Part shown: piece after piece, positions 23,281 through 35,600 of the stretch
Layout: each line of letters starts with the position of its first letter
Position numbering within the stretch: position 1 is the first letter of the stretch
Source of the DNA: Vicugna vicugna
Lineage: Eukaryota
Assembly: GCA_013265495.1 (NCBI GenBank)
Contig: MU058444.1
Location: 2,480,001-2,544,000 of the forward strand
Reading direction: 5' to 3'
DNA length: 64,000 nt
Program-made: the position numbers and the translations under genes
The notes under the pieces: generated by a model
What the model was told of the DNA's origin: nothing
Database searches by the model: none
The model's input: only the letters and a program-made list of their open reading frames with translations

Positions 23281-25414
23281 TCCTAATCTAGACATGCTTA
23301 ATGAGTTAATCAAATACAGCACCGCCCAGTAGTACACTGTTTTGTTTTGTTTTTTTCTTCTCTTAAGTTGGCTAACTCAACAGAAACCTTGGTGTAATTA
23401 TACTTCTTTACCTCTATGTATTCTTTTTGGTGAGGAGGCAGGCTATTTTCCTAGAGTCCTTATAAGCAAAGCAATGTATACTAAAAGTCATCAGAATTTT
23501 ACAAATTTTAATGTGTCCAAAAGTCTAGCAACCCTTGTCCCTTGCTCTGTGATAGACTGCACCCTCTACCCAACACTGAGTCCAAAGTAGCTGGCAGTGG
23601 TCCAGTGCTGAAGGGGTAACTTAGAGGCGATCTCTTTTTGCACACAGAGACACTGAGGTTTCCAGAGGTTAAGTGAATTGCCAGGCATAACTTTGTAATG
23701 TGCTTTTCTATAACACAGCAGTAACAGGAAGTGATTTAGAGTGTCTTCTAACATGGTTGATGGCAATTTGCTTTTTATTTTTGACAGCTTACAGAGGTTT
23801 CTTTCAAATTATTAACCGTTTGCTAATAATACAGATTAATTTTTCAACTATTGTCAAATTTGAGGAACCCTCTGTTGAGTTTCTTTGAAATCTGAGCTGT
23901 AAGACTTCAGTGCATTTTGAATTTTCTACGGAGGGAATGCTCTTAAATATTCTTTAAACTGACCACATTCAGCATACTTCTAGAAGACATCCCAAACCCA
24001 GATGGCCAGCCACCACGTAATAATTATACATGGAAGAGGTTGCAGAACACAAAAATAAGTCCCAGTCAGTTCTTAACAAAATCTTAGAAACACCCACCGC
24101 CACTTTGTGGTTAGAGCAGAAGGAGAAAGAGCAAACGAGGTGCAGCTGAAGTGGAAAGAGACAGAGCTTTTAACAGATGATGGTTGAAATGTCTCATTTT
24201 TCCCAATTTTATAAAAACGTATAAACGTGAAGATATTTCTAGGGCCCCTTATTTGGAAGGTATCCGTGCAAGTCAACTATTAACTTCACACTAATTCTAC
24301 CACTGACCTAGTTCATTGGGTTTACCTGAGTTTTAAATGGGGTAAGGCAGGCTTGGAGATTTTCCAGAAACTTAACAAGCAATCAATCAATGTTACTGGA
24401 AGAAAGATGGGATTGTTGAAAATTTTTTAAAGATGGTGGTTATGAATGAGCGTACTGGGGGATTTATTTCACCTCGTGCTTTAAAATTTCTGTAATAAAA
24501 TTTTTAAAGTCACTTGTGACAAAAATACATTTAAAATATTTTACAGTTTTCTCTGCTGAAATTTCTCTGAATAAATTATACAGTTCTCAATTCACCTCAT
24601 AAATAATGGTTATTAACAATTTGTATATTTAAGCAAAAAAAAAATTGTAGTAGATAGAAAAATAACATTCCAGCTATTGAAAGTATTATAAAACAAAGCC
24701 ACAAATTTGCCCTGTTTTTAAAAATTTGGTTTCTTTATGGGTAGTACAGGTACCCGAAACAAAAGCACCTTCAGTTGTCACTCTGACCTTGGACCTTGTG
24801 GGTGGCCCTGCAGCCTCCCTGGCAGTGATCACAGAGACAGGTGCGGGGACGGCTGGGGACCCTGGGACATCGCAGGGCTGTTCTGGTGGAGCGCGAGCTC
24901 GCTGAAGAAGCTGCGTGTGGATTCCTCCCTCAACACCGGTGATGCATCATACCAGAGAATTTCTAGCAGACGGATAAGCATCAAGTGTGTTTCCATTGGA
25001 AATACGCATTTCCCCGTCCCCAAATAAAACAGGTGTCTTTTTTTAAGTTACATTCCTGCCTCAAACCAAATTCCAGAAAAAAGTTAAAAATGGAAAAGAT
25101 AGTAAAGATAGTTAAAGATAGTAAAGAACTAAAATTGAAGCTGTAAAAGAAAAGTAAACAATGAATATTTTTATGTTCTCTGAAGGGAAAGGACTTTCTA
25201 AGTCTACAGTTAGTTCAGCAAAAGTGTCAAAGAAAAATTTACTGACGTCTGAGCTCCTGCCTGTGTGTTCTGTGGCCGTCCTAGGTGGCACTGAGAGGTT
25301 CACCCTGTGTGCTCAGCGTTTATTTGTTCCCTGACAGCGTTTTTCTGTGACGGTCTTTCATGCATCTGTCAGTTTGCAGCTCTTTTCTGCACTTTTTTAA
25401 TGTTATCCTTTTGT

Positions 25415-25680
25415 TTATTTTTTTAATTGACGTATCATCGATTTACACTGTGTGTTAGTTTCTGGTGTACAGCATAGTGATTCAGTTATACGTGTATATT
25501 CTTTTTCGGATTCTTTTTCATTACAGGTTATCACAAGCTGTTGAAGATAAGTCCCTGTGCTCTACAGTAGGACCTTGTTGTTTATCTATTCCATATATTG
25601 TAGTTTGTATCTGCAAATCCCAAACTCCTAGCTTATCCCTCCTCCCCCATTCCTCTCTGGTCACTGTAAGTTTGCTTTCC
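25415..25680 (-). mobile_element. Cetartiodactyl-type L1 3' end
   Basis: gtgttagtttctggtgtacagcatagtgattcagttata...ccctgtgctctacagtaggaccttgttg. Confidence 0.75.
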
Positions 25681-25888
25681 TGATTGCCAGTTTTTTAAAA
25701 AGAAGGTTTTTCTGGGTCCAGCTCTCTGTAGCTGGGTCCCGAGTGGTGGGCAGGCCCTCTGCGGGCACAGACACCACTGACTGGCTGCTGTGGGTCGTCT
25801 GGGACAGTGTTGTGTAGCCCTGTTCCCTCAGGCCATCTGACCACGCTGAGTCTGGAGGGACTTCTGGCCCTGACCCTGCATCCCAGGT

Positions 25889-25923
25889 GCAGCAGCGGCG
25901 GCGGCGGCGGCGGCGGCAGCAGC
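25889..25923 (+). repeat. (GCA)2(GCG)7(GCA)2 trinucleotide repeat
   Basis: Directly visible inside a GC-rich patch. Confidence 0.85.
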
Positions 25924-26559
25924 GTCCAGAGGACACAGCCCTGCACCCCCAGGCGCGCCTGCTCCTCAGGGAGTGTGTTTTTGCAGGATCTCTCTGAGAT
26001 CTGCTGCTGGGAGCCCTCCAGGTGCCCCCGTGCCTTTTCTCTCTGCACCCCGACCTCGTGACGAGTGCTGAGGCCGGCTAACCTCACCCTCAGTGCTTAG
26101 AGCCACAGCTTCTGGCCTTTGCATTTCTGGAGGAGTTTCTCCTTCTCAGGAGGTGCACTTCGCTGGTACTTTCTGAGACGGGCCACTCAGGAAGCCCCCT
26201 GGACATTCTCTTTGCATTTGCTGTTTAATTTTAATTGTGTTTCTTTGGGGTTTGGCAGAGGTTTTTTGGTTTCCTATTGGCTGAGAAAGTGGGGCACTTA
26301 AAAAAAAATCTGTATTTGTTTAGTTGTTTCTAACTTTTTCTTGTTGTTTTGTCTGCTTTCTTAGGAAGGGAGAAAGATGGCGAGGTCATCAGTGTTTATA
26401 GCAGAGTTATGTCCAGTGTTGCTATTGGAAAGCCCAGCGCAACTCCGATTCTCCTTTTATCTAGAACCTGTCTCCTCGCACTCCTTGGGGCTCTTTTAAT
26501 CTTCTTTTTCTCTGATGTACTAGTGTTGGATGAAAATATGCCTGTTGTTTATCTTTTAA

Positions 26560-28260
26560 AATTTATTTCAATCAAAATCCCAGCAAGCTTTGTAGATTTA
26601 GACAAGATTATTCTAAAATTTATATGGAAAGGCAAAGGAACCAGAGTAGCTAAAACTGTTCTGAAAAAGAAGAATAAAGTGAGGATAGTCAGTCTATTTG
26701 ATTTAAAGACTTGTTACATAGCTGTAGTAATCAAGATTGTGTGGTATTGGTGGACAGACAGACATAGATTCGTGGAACAGAACAGAAACTGCAGAAATTA
26801 GACACATAAATACTTCCAGCTGTTTTTTGACAGAAGAGTAAATTAAAAAAAAAATAGAGGGAAAGTAGGTTTTTCAACAAATACTGCTGGAGCAAGTGGG
26901 CATCAATGGTCCAGAAAAATGAACCTCAATCTGAACCTCACACTGTATAGAGAATTAACTCAAAATGAATCATGAACTGAAAGGTAAAACGTGAAACTTA
27001 AATCTTTTAGAAAAAAACATAGGATAAATTCTCTGGGCTCTTAAGCTGGCGACAAGGGTTCTTAGCGTTGACACCAAAGGCATGATCCATAAAAGGAAAA
27101 ACTGATAAACTGGACTTCCTCAAAATTAAAAATTTTGCTCTGTGAAATCCATTGTTGGGAGAACGAAAGACAAGCTACAGACTGAGAAAATATTTACAGA
27201 CCACATATGTGATGAGGGACTAAATATCTACAATATATAAAGAGCTCTCAAACTCAATAATAAAAAAATTTCAGTTAGAAAATTGGCAAAAGACACGAAG
27301 AGACATTTCTCGACACACAGAATATACAGGCGGCAAGCTCATAAAAAGGTGGTCAATATCGTCACTGGCAGGAAAATAAAAGTTAAACCTACAATGTAAC
27401 ATCACTACAGTCTTATCAGGACGGTTAAAATAAAAAATAATGGCAAATGTTGGTAAGATTGTGGAGAAAACTTTATCACTCATACATCGATGGTGGGATC
27501 GTAAAATGGTACAGCCATAGTCTGGGAAACGGGAGGAAGAGGAGGAATTGGGTGAAGGTGGTCCAAAGGTACAAACTTCCAGTTATAAATAAGTATTAAG
27601 GATGTAATTATGTACCACATGGTAAATATAATTCACACTACCATATGTTATATATGAAAGTTGAGAGAGTTAATCCTAAGAGTTCTCATCACAAGGAAAT
27701 TTTTTCTCTATTTAATTTTGTATCTATATGAGATGATAGATGTTCACTAAGCTCACTGTGATCATCATCTCATGATGTACGGAAGTCAGATCTTGATGCT
27801 CTACACCTTAAACACATACAGGGCTGTACGTCAATTATGTCTCAATGTAACTGGAAAAGTTAACACGCTAAACAGTAAGATCCAAGAATTGACCTCTTGG
27901 GCATTCAAGAAATGAAAACTTACGTTCACATTTATTTTAATGGAGTGGGGGATTGAATCCAGGACCTTGTGCATGCTAAGCATGCGCTCTACCGCTGAGC
28001 TATACCCTCCCCTACCCCACAGAACATTTCTTGAAATGACAAAATTAAAGAAATGGAGATCAGATTAGTGGTTGCCAGGGGTTCAGGAGGAGGAGGCGCT
28101 GGGAGGTATGACTATAACAGGGCAACAGTGAGAAATCCTTATGAGGACAGAATGTTCAGTGACTGCATCTCTCTCAGCATCCTGGTTGTGGTACTGCACT
28201 ATAGTTTTTCCAGGTGTTACCACTGGGGGAAACTGGGAAAGGGTATATACAGTGTCTCGT
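26560..28260 (+). mobile_element. L1 ORF2 C-terminal region and 3' UTR (with nested L1MA fragment and SINE)
   Basis: KIILKFIWKGKGTRVAKTVLKKKNKV...IKIVWYWW is canonical L1 ORF2p. Confidence 0.85.
27931..28018 (-). mobile_element. Camelid tRNA-derived SINE (short form)
   Basis: gggattgaatccaggaccttgtgcatgctaagcatgcgctctaccgctgagctataccctcccc. Confidence 0.85.
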
Positions 28261-28264
28261 TCTT

Positions 28265-29014
28265 TCTTGTTTGAAACAGCTTTATTGTGAAATAATTCAC
28301 ACACCAAACAAGCCATTTAAAGTGTAGAATTAAATGTTTTTTAGTATATTCACAGATACGCACAACTATCACCACAGTTAATTTTAGATGATAACATTTT
28401 ATCCATACACCCCTCTTCCCAGCTATAAGCAATCACTAAGCTACATTAATTTCTCTGTAGATGTTTCTATTGTAGATGTTTAATATGAATGGAATCATAT
28501 AATTCACGGTATTTTTGTGACTACCTTCTTTCACTTAGCGTAATGTTTGAAGGCTCATCTGTCTTGTATCAGCACTTCATTCATTTTATGGATGAGTGAT
28601 ATTCAATTGCACATAAATATATTACATTTTATTTATCCATTCATCAAGTGGTGAATATTTGGTTTGCTTTCACCTATTGGCTATTATGAATAATGCTGCT
28701 ATAAAACTTCTTGGACATGTTTTTTGTATGAACATATGTTTTCACTTCTCATGGGTGTATATCCAGGAGTGGAATTGCTGGGTCATGTGGTAACTCATGT
28801 TTAGTGATTTGAGGAATTGCCACACAACGTTCCAAAGTGGCTGCAAAATTTTACATTCCCCCAGCAGTGTATGAGGGTTACTGTTTCTCCACATCCTTGT
28901 CAACTCTTGTTACCTGACTTTTTGATCTTAGCCATCCTAGTGGGTGTGATGTGGTATCTCATCCTGGTTTTGATTCACACTTACCTAATGACTAATGATG
29001 TCAAGTGTATTTTT
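28265..29014 (-). mobile_element. L1MB-like 3' end
   Basis: cagctttattgtgaaataattcaca...ggagtggaattgctgggtcatgtggtaact. Confidence 0.8.
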
Positions 29015-29447
29015 TGTAATAGAGAAGAACAAATCTGACTGCATATTAGATCTGTTCCTTTGGCTTTAACCCCGTGCCCTGTTTTCTAGGCTTAGTTTTG
29101 CTAGCTCTGCACTCATGTAAAGATAGTTAAGTTCCAGAATAGAGAATAACATTTGTTTTGTTGGAGGTTTTGCAGAAGCACTGTGACCTGGCCCCACATG
29201 GACAGCTGCTGGAACAAAGAATTCCTACACCAACAAGTTTGCAACAACCAACCACACCCCCTCTCCTTTTTTTTTGTATTCAAGGAGGCTGTATTCTGAT
29301 TGGGGGAGGATGGTTCTCCAAGACAGTCTGCCATCCTCTTAGTCTGCCAGCTTTCCGAATAAACTCACTATTCCTGGTCCCAACACCTCATCTCTGGATT
29401 TATTGGCCTGTCAGGTGGTGAGCAGAACGAGTCTGGACTCGGTAACA
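29015..29447 (+). mobile_element. Solo ERV1-type LTR (family A, copy 2, internally deleted)
   Basis: TGTAATAGAG...CGGTAACA termini; shares gaacaaatctgactgcata...ttcctttggctttaaccccgtg with 6930; lacks ~90 bp of copy 1. Confidence 0.8.
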
Positions 29448-30769
29448 GTACTGCTACCCAGAGAAAGTTACTATTAGTGCTCAGGTAGGTTTCCTATTTC
29501 AGGCATGGTTTGCTTGGTGGTTTGATGTGGTTCTGGTCATATCTATATCTATCTGTGTATCTTGCATTTAAAAAAATATGCTTTTAGAAATTTTAGCTAA
29601 ACATTAAATGGAGATAAAAACACTCTATAGTCTTATGTTGATAGAGCATGTGCCAAATTTTAACCATTCCATTCCCAGTCATTAGACTTTTAGATGTTTT
29701 ACAATTTCTGCTATTACAAATAAATCTGTGGTAAGTTACATTTTGCATGATGCTTTTCCTACAGATTAAATTATGTCCTCAGGATAAATCCTTGCAATGA
29801 CAAGGTTTGAAGGGTATGAGTTTATTTAGGCTCTTGTTTTCCAAGAGTTTTACCCATTAACTTCTTACCTGCAAAAGATTAAATGTTCCACTGAACTTTC
29901 ACCAGCACATTAGGAGAATCTTAGATATTGCCTAGATATTTTAAAGTTTCAGAAATACTTACTTTACATATAGCTTTTGAGGAAGACAACAGGCAGGTCT
30001 CTCATTCTTAACTTGCCTCTACAGTTCTCAAAATTACCAAGTAGAAAACAGCTGAAGTCATAAGCACTGGTGGAAGTGCAGGAAATATCCAATATTAAGC
30101 AATAATTACTACCAGTATAGATAATAGGTTATTGGATGTTGGGCATGTATGCAGACAAGCAAAAACAGGCAGTTAAGATTTAAAAGAATTTCCCGACTTC
30201 TTTCTGAAACCTTTACTGACCATTGATGTGTAAAAAAAAAAGCGGGGTTTTTTGGTAAGGCAGTTAAATAAAAAAAAAAAATATTTCATAGACTTTCTGA
30301 GTATGAACACTGAAAAAGTCAACTATCCTATTTTTACTAAGGTAATAGCTGAGAATATCTGTAAAAAGTACGTTGTATTATCAGGATCAAGGGCTCAGCG
30401 GTTAAGTTGGCGAGGCCTCGGCATCCTGTCCCACTGGGTCCAGGACTCTCCAGCCTCTGCAGCTTTCTTCGGGTCAACCTGGAGACGAGCGCTGGGCCTC
30501 AATTTCCTTCCTCAGGCCTATTAACACATGCTCTGAGCGGAGACCGAAGACGCAGGACAGGTGAGTAATGGAAGGACACCTCGGATATCTGTCCTGATCC
30601 TAGAATTCTTTCAGCTAAACATCCACATTTCCAGCCCTATGAGGAAAATGGAAACTGATGAATTAGTCTCCATCATCTGCCTTAGGGCTAAAGGAGAAAT
30701 TACTGCGCTTCGCTTACACAACGAAACTCAACTCCAAGCTCCCCACCCCATCCTCGTCTCCGCCCTTCA

Positions 30770-31560
30770 CTATGAAAGAGGACCCAACACGCCCACCACG
30801 GGCGAGCGGCAGTGACGTCAGCCTCAAGAGGCGCATGCGCTGTGCTTTGGGTCCCTTTCTGCGCTTTTCCACCTACGGGCCGGACGGTCTCGGCGCGGCC
30901 GGAACTACAGTTCCCAGCGGCCCGTGCGGGGCGGTCTCGGTGCAGCTGGAACTACAGTTCCCAGGGCCCGCGCGGCGGGGGCGGGAGGCCGGACTGTGTG
31001 AGGGAGGCCAGGGCACAGCGGGCCGAGGCGGCCCGCTCCTCCTCGGGAAGCGGTTTGCAGCTCTTTCCGCCCGCGGCGTCGGCGGCGTCGGCGGCTCGGC
31101 GCGCACGCGGGGGCGGGTGGGCAGGTGGCGGCGGCAGCAGCGGCACTGGTGCTGTCAGGCAGGCTGTCGGGGAGATGGGCGACCCGGGGCCGGAGGTGAG
31201 TAGCGGGCGTCGTGCGGGGTCCGAGGGCGGTGCTGGGCCGCGCGTCCCGGGCCGGGGGCCTCGGGGCCGGGGGCCTCCGGGCCAGGGCCCCGCAGCAACA
31301 ATGGCCGCCCCGGCCCGGCCCGGCTCTTGGGGGCGGCCGCTCGGCCCTGGCGGGGCGTTCCGAGGCCGGGGTGCCCTTCGGAGGGGCGTGCGCTCCTGGT
31401 CGAGGCGCGGGGCTCGAAGGGGTCACTGCAGCCCACGTAGGCGGAGGCGCAGCCCGACTCCATCCAGGTCTGTTCGCAGGCGGGCCCGAGGGGACCTGTG
31501 CTCGTCAGGTCTCCTCGAGAGCTCTCCTTGTCGGTTCCTTTTTGAAAAACCTCTTCCTGC
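30770..31560 (+). promoter_or_regulatory. ZNF451: ZNF451 CpG-island promoter with CRE, NRF1 and tandem ZNF143/THAP11-type motifs
   Basis: Very high GC/CpG content; TGACGTCA 30813-30820; GCGCATGCGC 30831-30840; ACTACAGTTCCCAG starting at 30904 and 30951. Confidence 0.85.
31175..31195 (+). CDS. ZNF451: ZNF451 coding exon 1 (MGDPGPE)
   Basis: GGAGATGGGC start context; ATG 31175; donor GAG|gtgagt at 31196; lies in a CpG island; matches the recalled ZNF451 N-terminus (MGDPGSE in human). Confidence 0.93.
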
Positions 31561-31605
31561 GAGGCGGGGCTCTACAGATAAGCGTGTTTTGGCTTCCTTT
31601 TGTAG

Positions 31606-31689
31606 GTGATAGAGTCTGTCCCTCCTGCTGGGCCTGAGGCATCCGAGTCCACGGCGGATGAAAATGAAGATGACATTCAGTTTGTGAGT
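31606..31689 (+). CDS. ZNF451: ZNF451 coding exon 2 ([31 protein letters not shown]1)
   Basis: Acceptor ccttttgtag| at 31605, donor |gtaagt at 31690; 84 nt, phase 0-0; contains SUMO-interacting motif DDIQFV. Confidence 0.95.
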
Positions 31690-31866
31690 GTAAGTAGTGG
31701 CGATATTCGGGTTTTCCCGAGTCCCAGACTGTGTGTGGTAAGCCGTTCTGTGATTATACCTCACCTGTTCATTCAATGTCCAGAAAACACGTGTGAACGT
31801 CTGATAGGGACTAGATCTCGTGGAGCGTGGCGAAGGATTAGGTAATTTGCCAGAGGGGTCCCTGAG

Positions 31867-32620
31867 CAACCACAGTGGCCGTGACAAAGACTGTGGCCTG
31901 CAGTATGAGTGGTACTCTGAGCCACGCTTCCCCGCTTCACTTAGAGCCATCTGATGCTTGATGCACGCACAGTTCTGGTCTCCTAAGACCGTGTTTTGAA
32001 GTGGGGCAAGAGCGTCTTGTATACGATGGCACCCAGGTTAGGGAGAAGGGACGGCTGGTGGTGAGGAAGGAAGCGAAAACCAGAAGGGCTGCAGGAAGTC
32101 CAGATCTGAGCACAGGTGTCAACATAACATGAAGGCAGGTAGCCTGAGGACCTACTTCCCTCACCTTTGAGGTCATGGCTCCAAGCACAGTACAGCAGTG
32201 ATGCTAACAGTGGAGGCCCCGCATCACCGGGAGCGTGGTGTGTCCTTGTGCGGTTATTTCCTTTGGGACAGTGATTCTCAGGCATTACTAAGTGGAAGCT
32301 TGCGGATTCCTGATCCCACTCCAGACCTGTGGAATCAGCATTCGGAGGTGGAGCCTAGGGATCTTCATTTGGGCACAGATGCAGGAGTATATGAATCTCT
32401 GGACGCACTTTGTAAAGCATTGGCTCCAGAAACCCTAGTGGATGCTCTGATCGGTTTCGGGACAATTTCCACCTAGACCTGTTGAAGTTTTACAAAGGCC
32501 CTGCTTAAAGTGGTATCTTAGTATCTTAGTTAGCTAGAGAATATGCCTACTGTAAACTACTCTGAGTCCTGTAGTTAGTTGAGGTTTGCTGTTCAAGGTG
32601 TATAATCTTTAATAGATGGA
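31867..32620 (+). repeat. High-identity part of the KIAA1586/ZNF451 segmental duplication (copy 2); perfect core 32003-32404
   Basis: Direct base-by-base comparison with 8572-9330. Confidence 0.95.
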
Positions 32621-35600
32621 TGTGTGTTTGTGTTTGTTGGTTCTTGGACAGTTTTAAAAGACTGGTTATTAAGCAGTGTCCTCTCTGCACCACAGCATGA
32701 GCCATTGTGGTGACCCAGTGTTGTGTTGTGTGTTAGTGGGTTTGTTTTGGTGTCTTCACAAGATAATTTCTTGACTTTCTTCACCTTTGCCCAAGCTTAT
32801 GGTACTCTGTCCTTTTCATTTTTAATTTTTAAGATTTTTGGTGGGTAGAAAAATTGTATCCTGCTCCTTCCATTACTGTGAATTCAAGTACGTTTGGCTC
32901 TTCAGGACAAATATTTCAGATTCTCTCTGAATATTGGTATATTTGTGAACGGAGAATATTTACCTTAATATTTTGTGGGTATCGACGTAAGAATGACACA
33001 CTTTATGAACTATGGGCCTTACTTTGAGAATCACAGATGGAATCTACGAAAATAAGATTCAAAAAATTTATGTATTTTTGGTACTCTGGAATGAAGAGTT
33101 ATAGGGTCACTTGTGAGTAGTAAGCTTGTGTTAGACTGAAGTTTAAGAATATCGTTTTAATTTAAATATTATTTTTAACGTAGAGAATCTTTTTTTCATC
33201 AGACATAAAAAATACAGTGTATCCATCTTTATATGTCTTATATTTATCTCTGTTTCCGAATACAGATTCAAAGGTTTGGTAGTTCCAAATGGAGACATGA
33301 ATTATATGTATTAGATGCAGTTACAATACTACAAGAAATCTATTGAAAACATTTCTTCTGCCTTTTCAGTGATAACACTTCAGTGACAATAATAGCTTAG
33401 TTCTATTTAAAATTCATTAGAGACAGAATCTTCTACTTTTCTCTGTAACCCAATCTTAATCCTTGATTCCTCTGGGTAATGCTTGTTCAGTAAAGTAGTA
33501 GATAGTTCTCTGCTTCAGATTTCTTCAGATGCAAAAAGAATATTGTGATATTACTTCTTGAATACTCTGGTGTGGATTTCCTGGTTCGCTTTTAGTCAGA
33601 TTTTCCCATCTTTAATCCACATGGTGGCTCAGCAGTCTTTCTGTGGTTTGGAAAATGTCACGTTCGAAACTAAACATAGCATGCCGAGGGGAAATAAGTT
33701 CATAGATGTGGAGGTGCAAAAATGAGCCCCTTCATTTAAATTTTATTGAAATATACATACAGAGAACTGCACAGTTCATCAGGGTACTTACTGTTTTATT
33801 TTTGCAAAATGATACACATGTGTAAATAGCACTTCAATAAAGAGACAGTGTTACTGGGAAGACTTCATTTGCATGTTTTGCTCTAGTTTTCTGTTTAATT
33901 TAGTAATGTGGTCCCTTATTCAGCCCCCATCCTTATTCTCTGCAGTCTTTGCAGCTACAGATATGTTAATTTACCCTCAGAAAATTGTTTTAGCTAAGAG
34001 ATAATGACATTCTTCCCAGTGCTACTCTAGATAAAAAAGTATAAAAACTGCTGACGCAGCCTGTCATAATCTCACTGTAACAGCACATGAGATTGAGGCT
34101 TCAGTCAAGATTGTTGGTACAATGTGGAATCATTGAACATGTGAAAATAGTGAAGGAAATCAAGGTATAGTTTCATAAATTACATGAGATGCACACAGTC
34201 AAGTGATAATACTTTTAACTGCATAAGTGGGTCATGGACAAATGAGGGTGTGTATCTTTTGGCTCAGTATCTTGGGGCCAGTTAGCTCAGTAAATAAAAA
34301 TAATGTTGGTGCTCATAATATGTGTAGTCGTGAGTTAAGTACCTTAGAGCCACAGAGATGAATTGGAAATACATCCTACCCATAAGTGTCAGTATTTCAG
34401 TGTGAGAGATGAGATAGCGTGAGAACTCTGTAAATAGTTCTAGCAGATAGTAGAATGTTCTTTTATCAAAAGTACATGGTGCTCTTAAGAAAAAAAATGT
34501 GTAGTTTACAGTTGTATGTTACTTTTGCATAGGTAGCATTTAGTGTTTGTGTGCATTTAAAAGGGTATTTTGAGAAGAAATGAGGAAAGTCATCAAAACA
34601 GAAAAGCAGAGAGGATTATGCTGAGTTCTGGAGGATACTTTTTTTTTAAGTGGGAGAGGAAAGGATGGGCCAGATAGTATAGACTTTGAATTGTGACTCA
34701 ATTTGAACTTAAAGCAGGCATTTGGGAATTTTTTGACATTTTTAAATTGGGCAGGACAGCATAAACTCTGTCCTAACTTTGTGAGAAAAAAAACCCCCCA
34801 TGAATTAGAGTTTTAGATTAGATTTTTGTCTATGCTCAAATCCATTTTCTTTGTTTCAGACTAGGGTAAACTACTTTTTCTGTAGACCATATTTTAGTGT
34901 ATTGACATCACTTCCCAATTAGTAGGTAATTGGTGTTTTGGCTTTGACTATCAGAATCAGTTTTCTAATAATGGGAATGAAAGTTTTTTATTTCATTGAA
35001 AATATTTTGAAAAACTTAGGATATCAATTCAAGTGTGTTCCTAAACTGTTTTGCGGGGGCCTACACTCCTGGCCCTAGCTTGTGTGTCCTTGGAGTAGAA
35101 TCTTTTGATTTTGTTACTGGTGCAGAGCAGTTGAGAATGATCATTGGGTGACGGATGCAGCAGATTTAAATAAGATACTTTGTAATTGGAGGACCACATG
35201 CATTTATACTTTTTAAGGATATAAGCAGTCATAAACGTAGTAAGAGATTATGTTTTCTTGATATTTGTGTATTACTTTTTGGTGAGAATTAATAACTTAC
35301 TTTTTGGTCAGTGTTATGAGTTATTCAGAGTTGGGGATAGTAGCAGATAGTCTTTTTTCTCATACTGAAGGAAGAGAAAGTATCTTATCTCAGAAATTAG
35401 GAAATAAGCATTGGCTTAAAAATAGTACGTATGCTTTGAACTGCCTCAGAATTACAGTGACCATACGACCAATTATGCCATTAGTGAACCAGGAGCACCT
35501 CACTTAGTTTTCTCGATTGTTAAATGGTGTAATAGAAAGGTAATTGTGAGGATTAAATGAGATGACATACTGAAAAGTTTAGCACCATGCCTTACGGGAC

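Noticed and set aside
22541..26801. ORFs 22541-22795 and 26349-26801
   Set aside because: Decayed L1 ORF2p fragments, not host genes.
30550..30570. Strong donor CAG|GTGAGT upstream of the ZNF451 CpG island
   Set aside because: No supporting acceptor, start site or ORF; adjacent to MIR-like sequence; could be chance.
30772..31950. Long overlapping ORFs (up to 265 aa) on both strands at the ZNF451 5' end
   Set aside because: Stop-poor CpG-island sequence; only the spliced exons 31175-31195 and 31606-31689 match a real protein.
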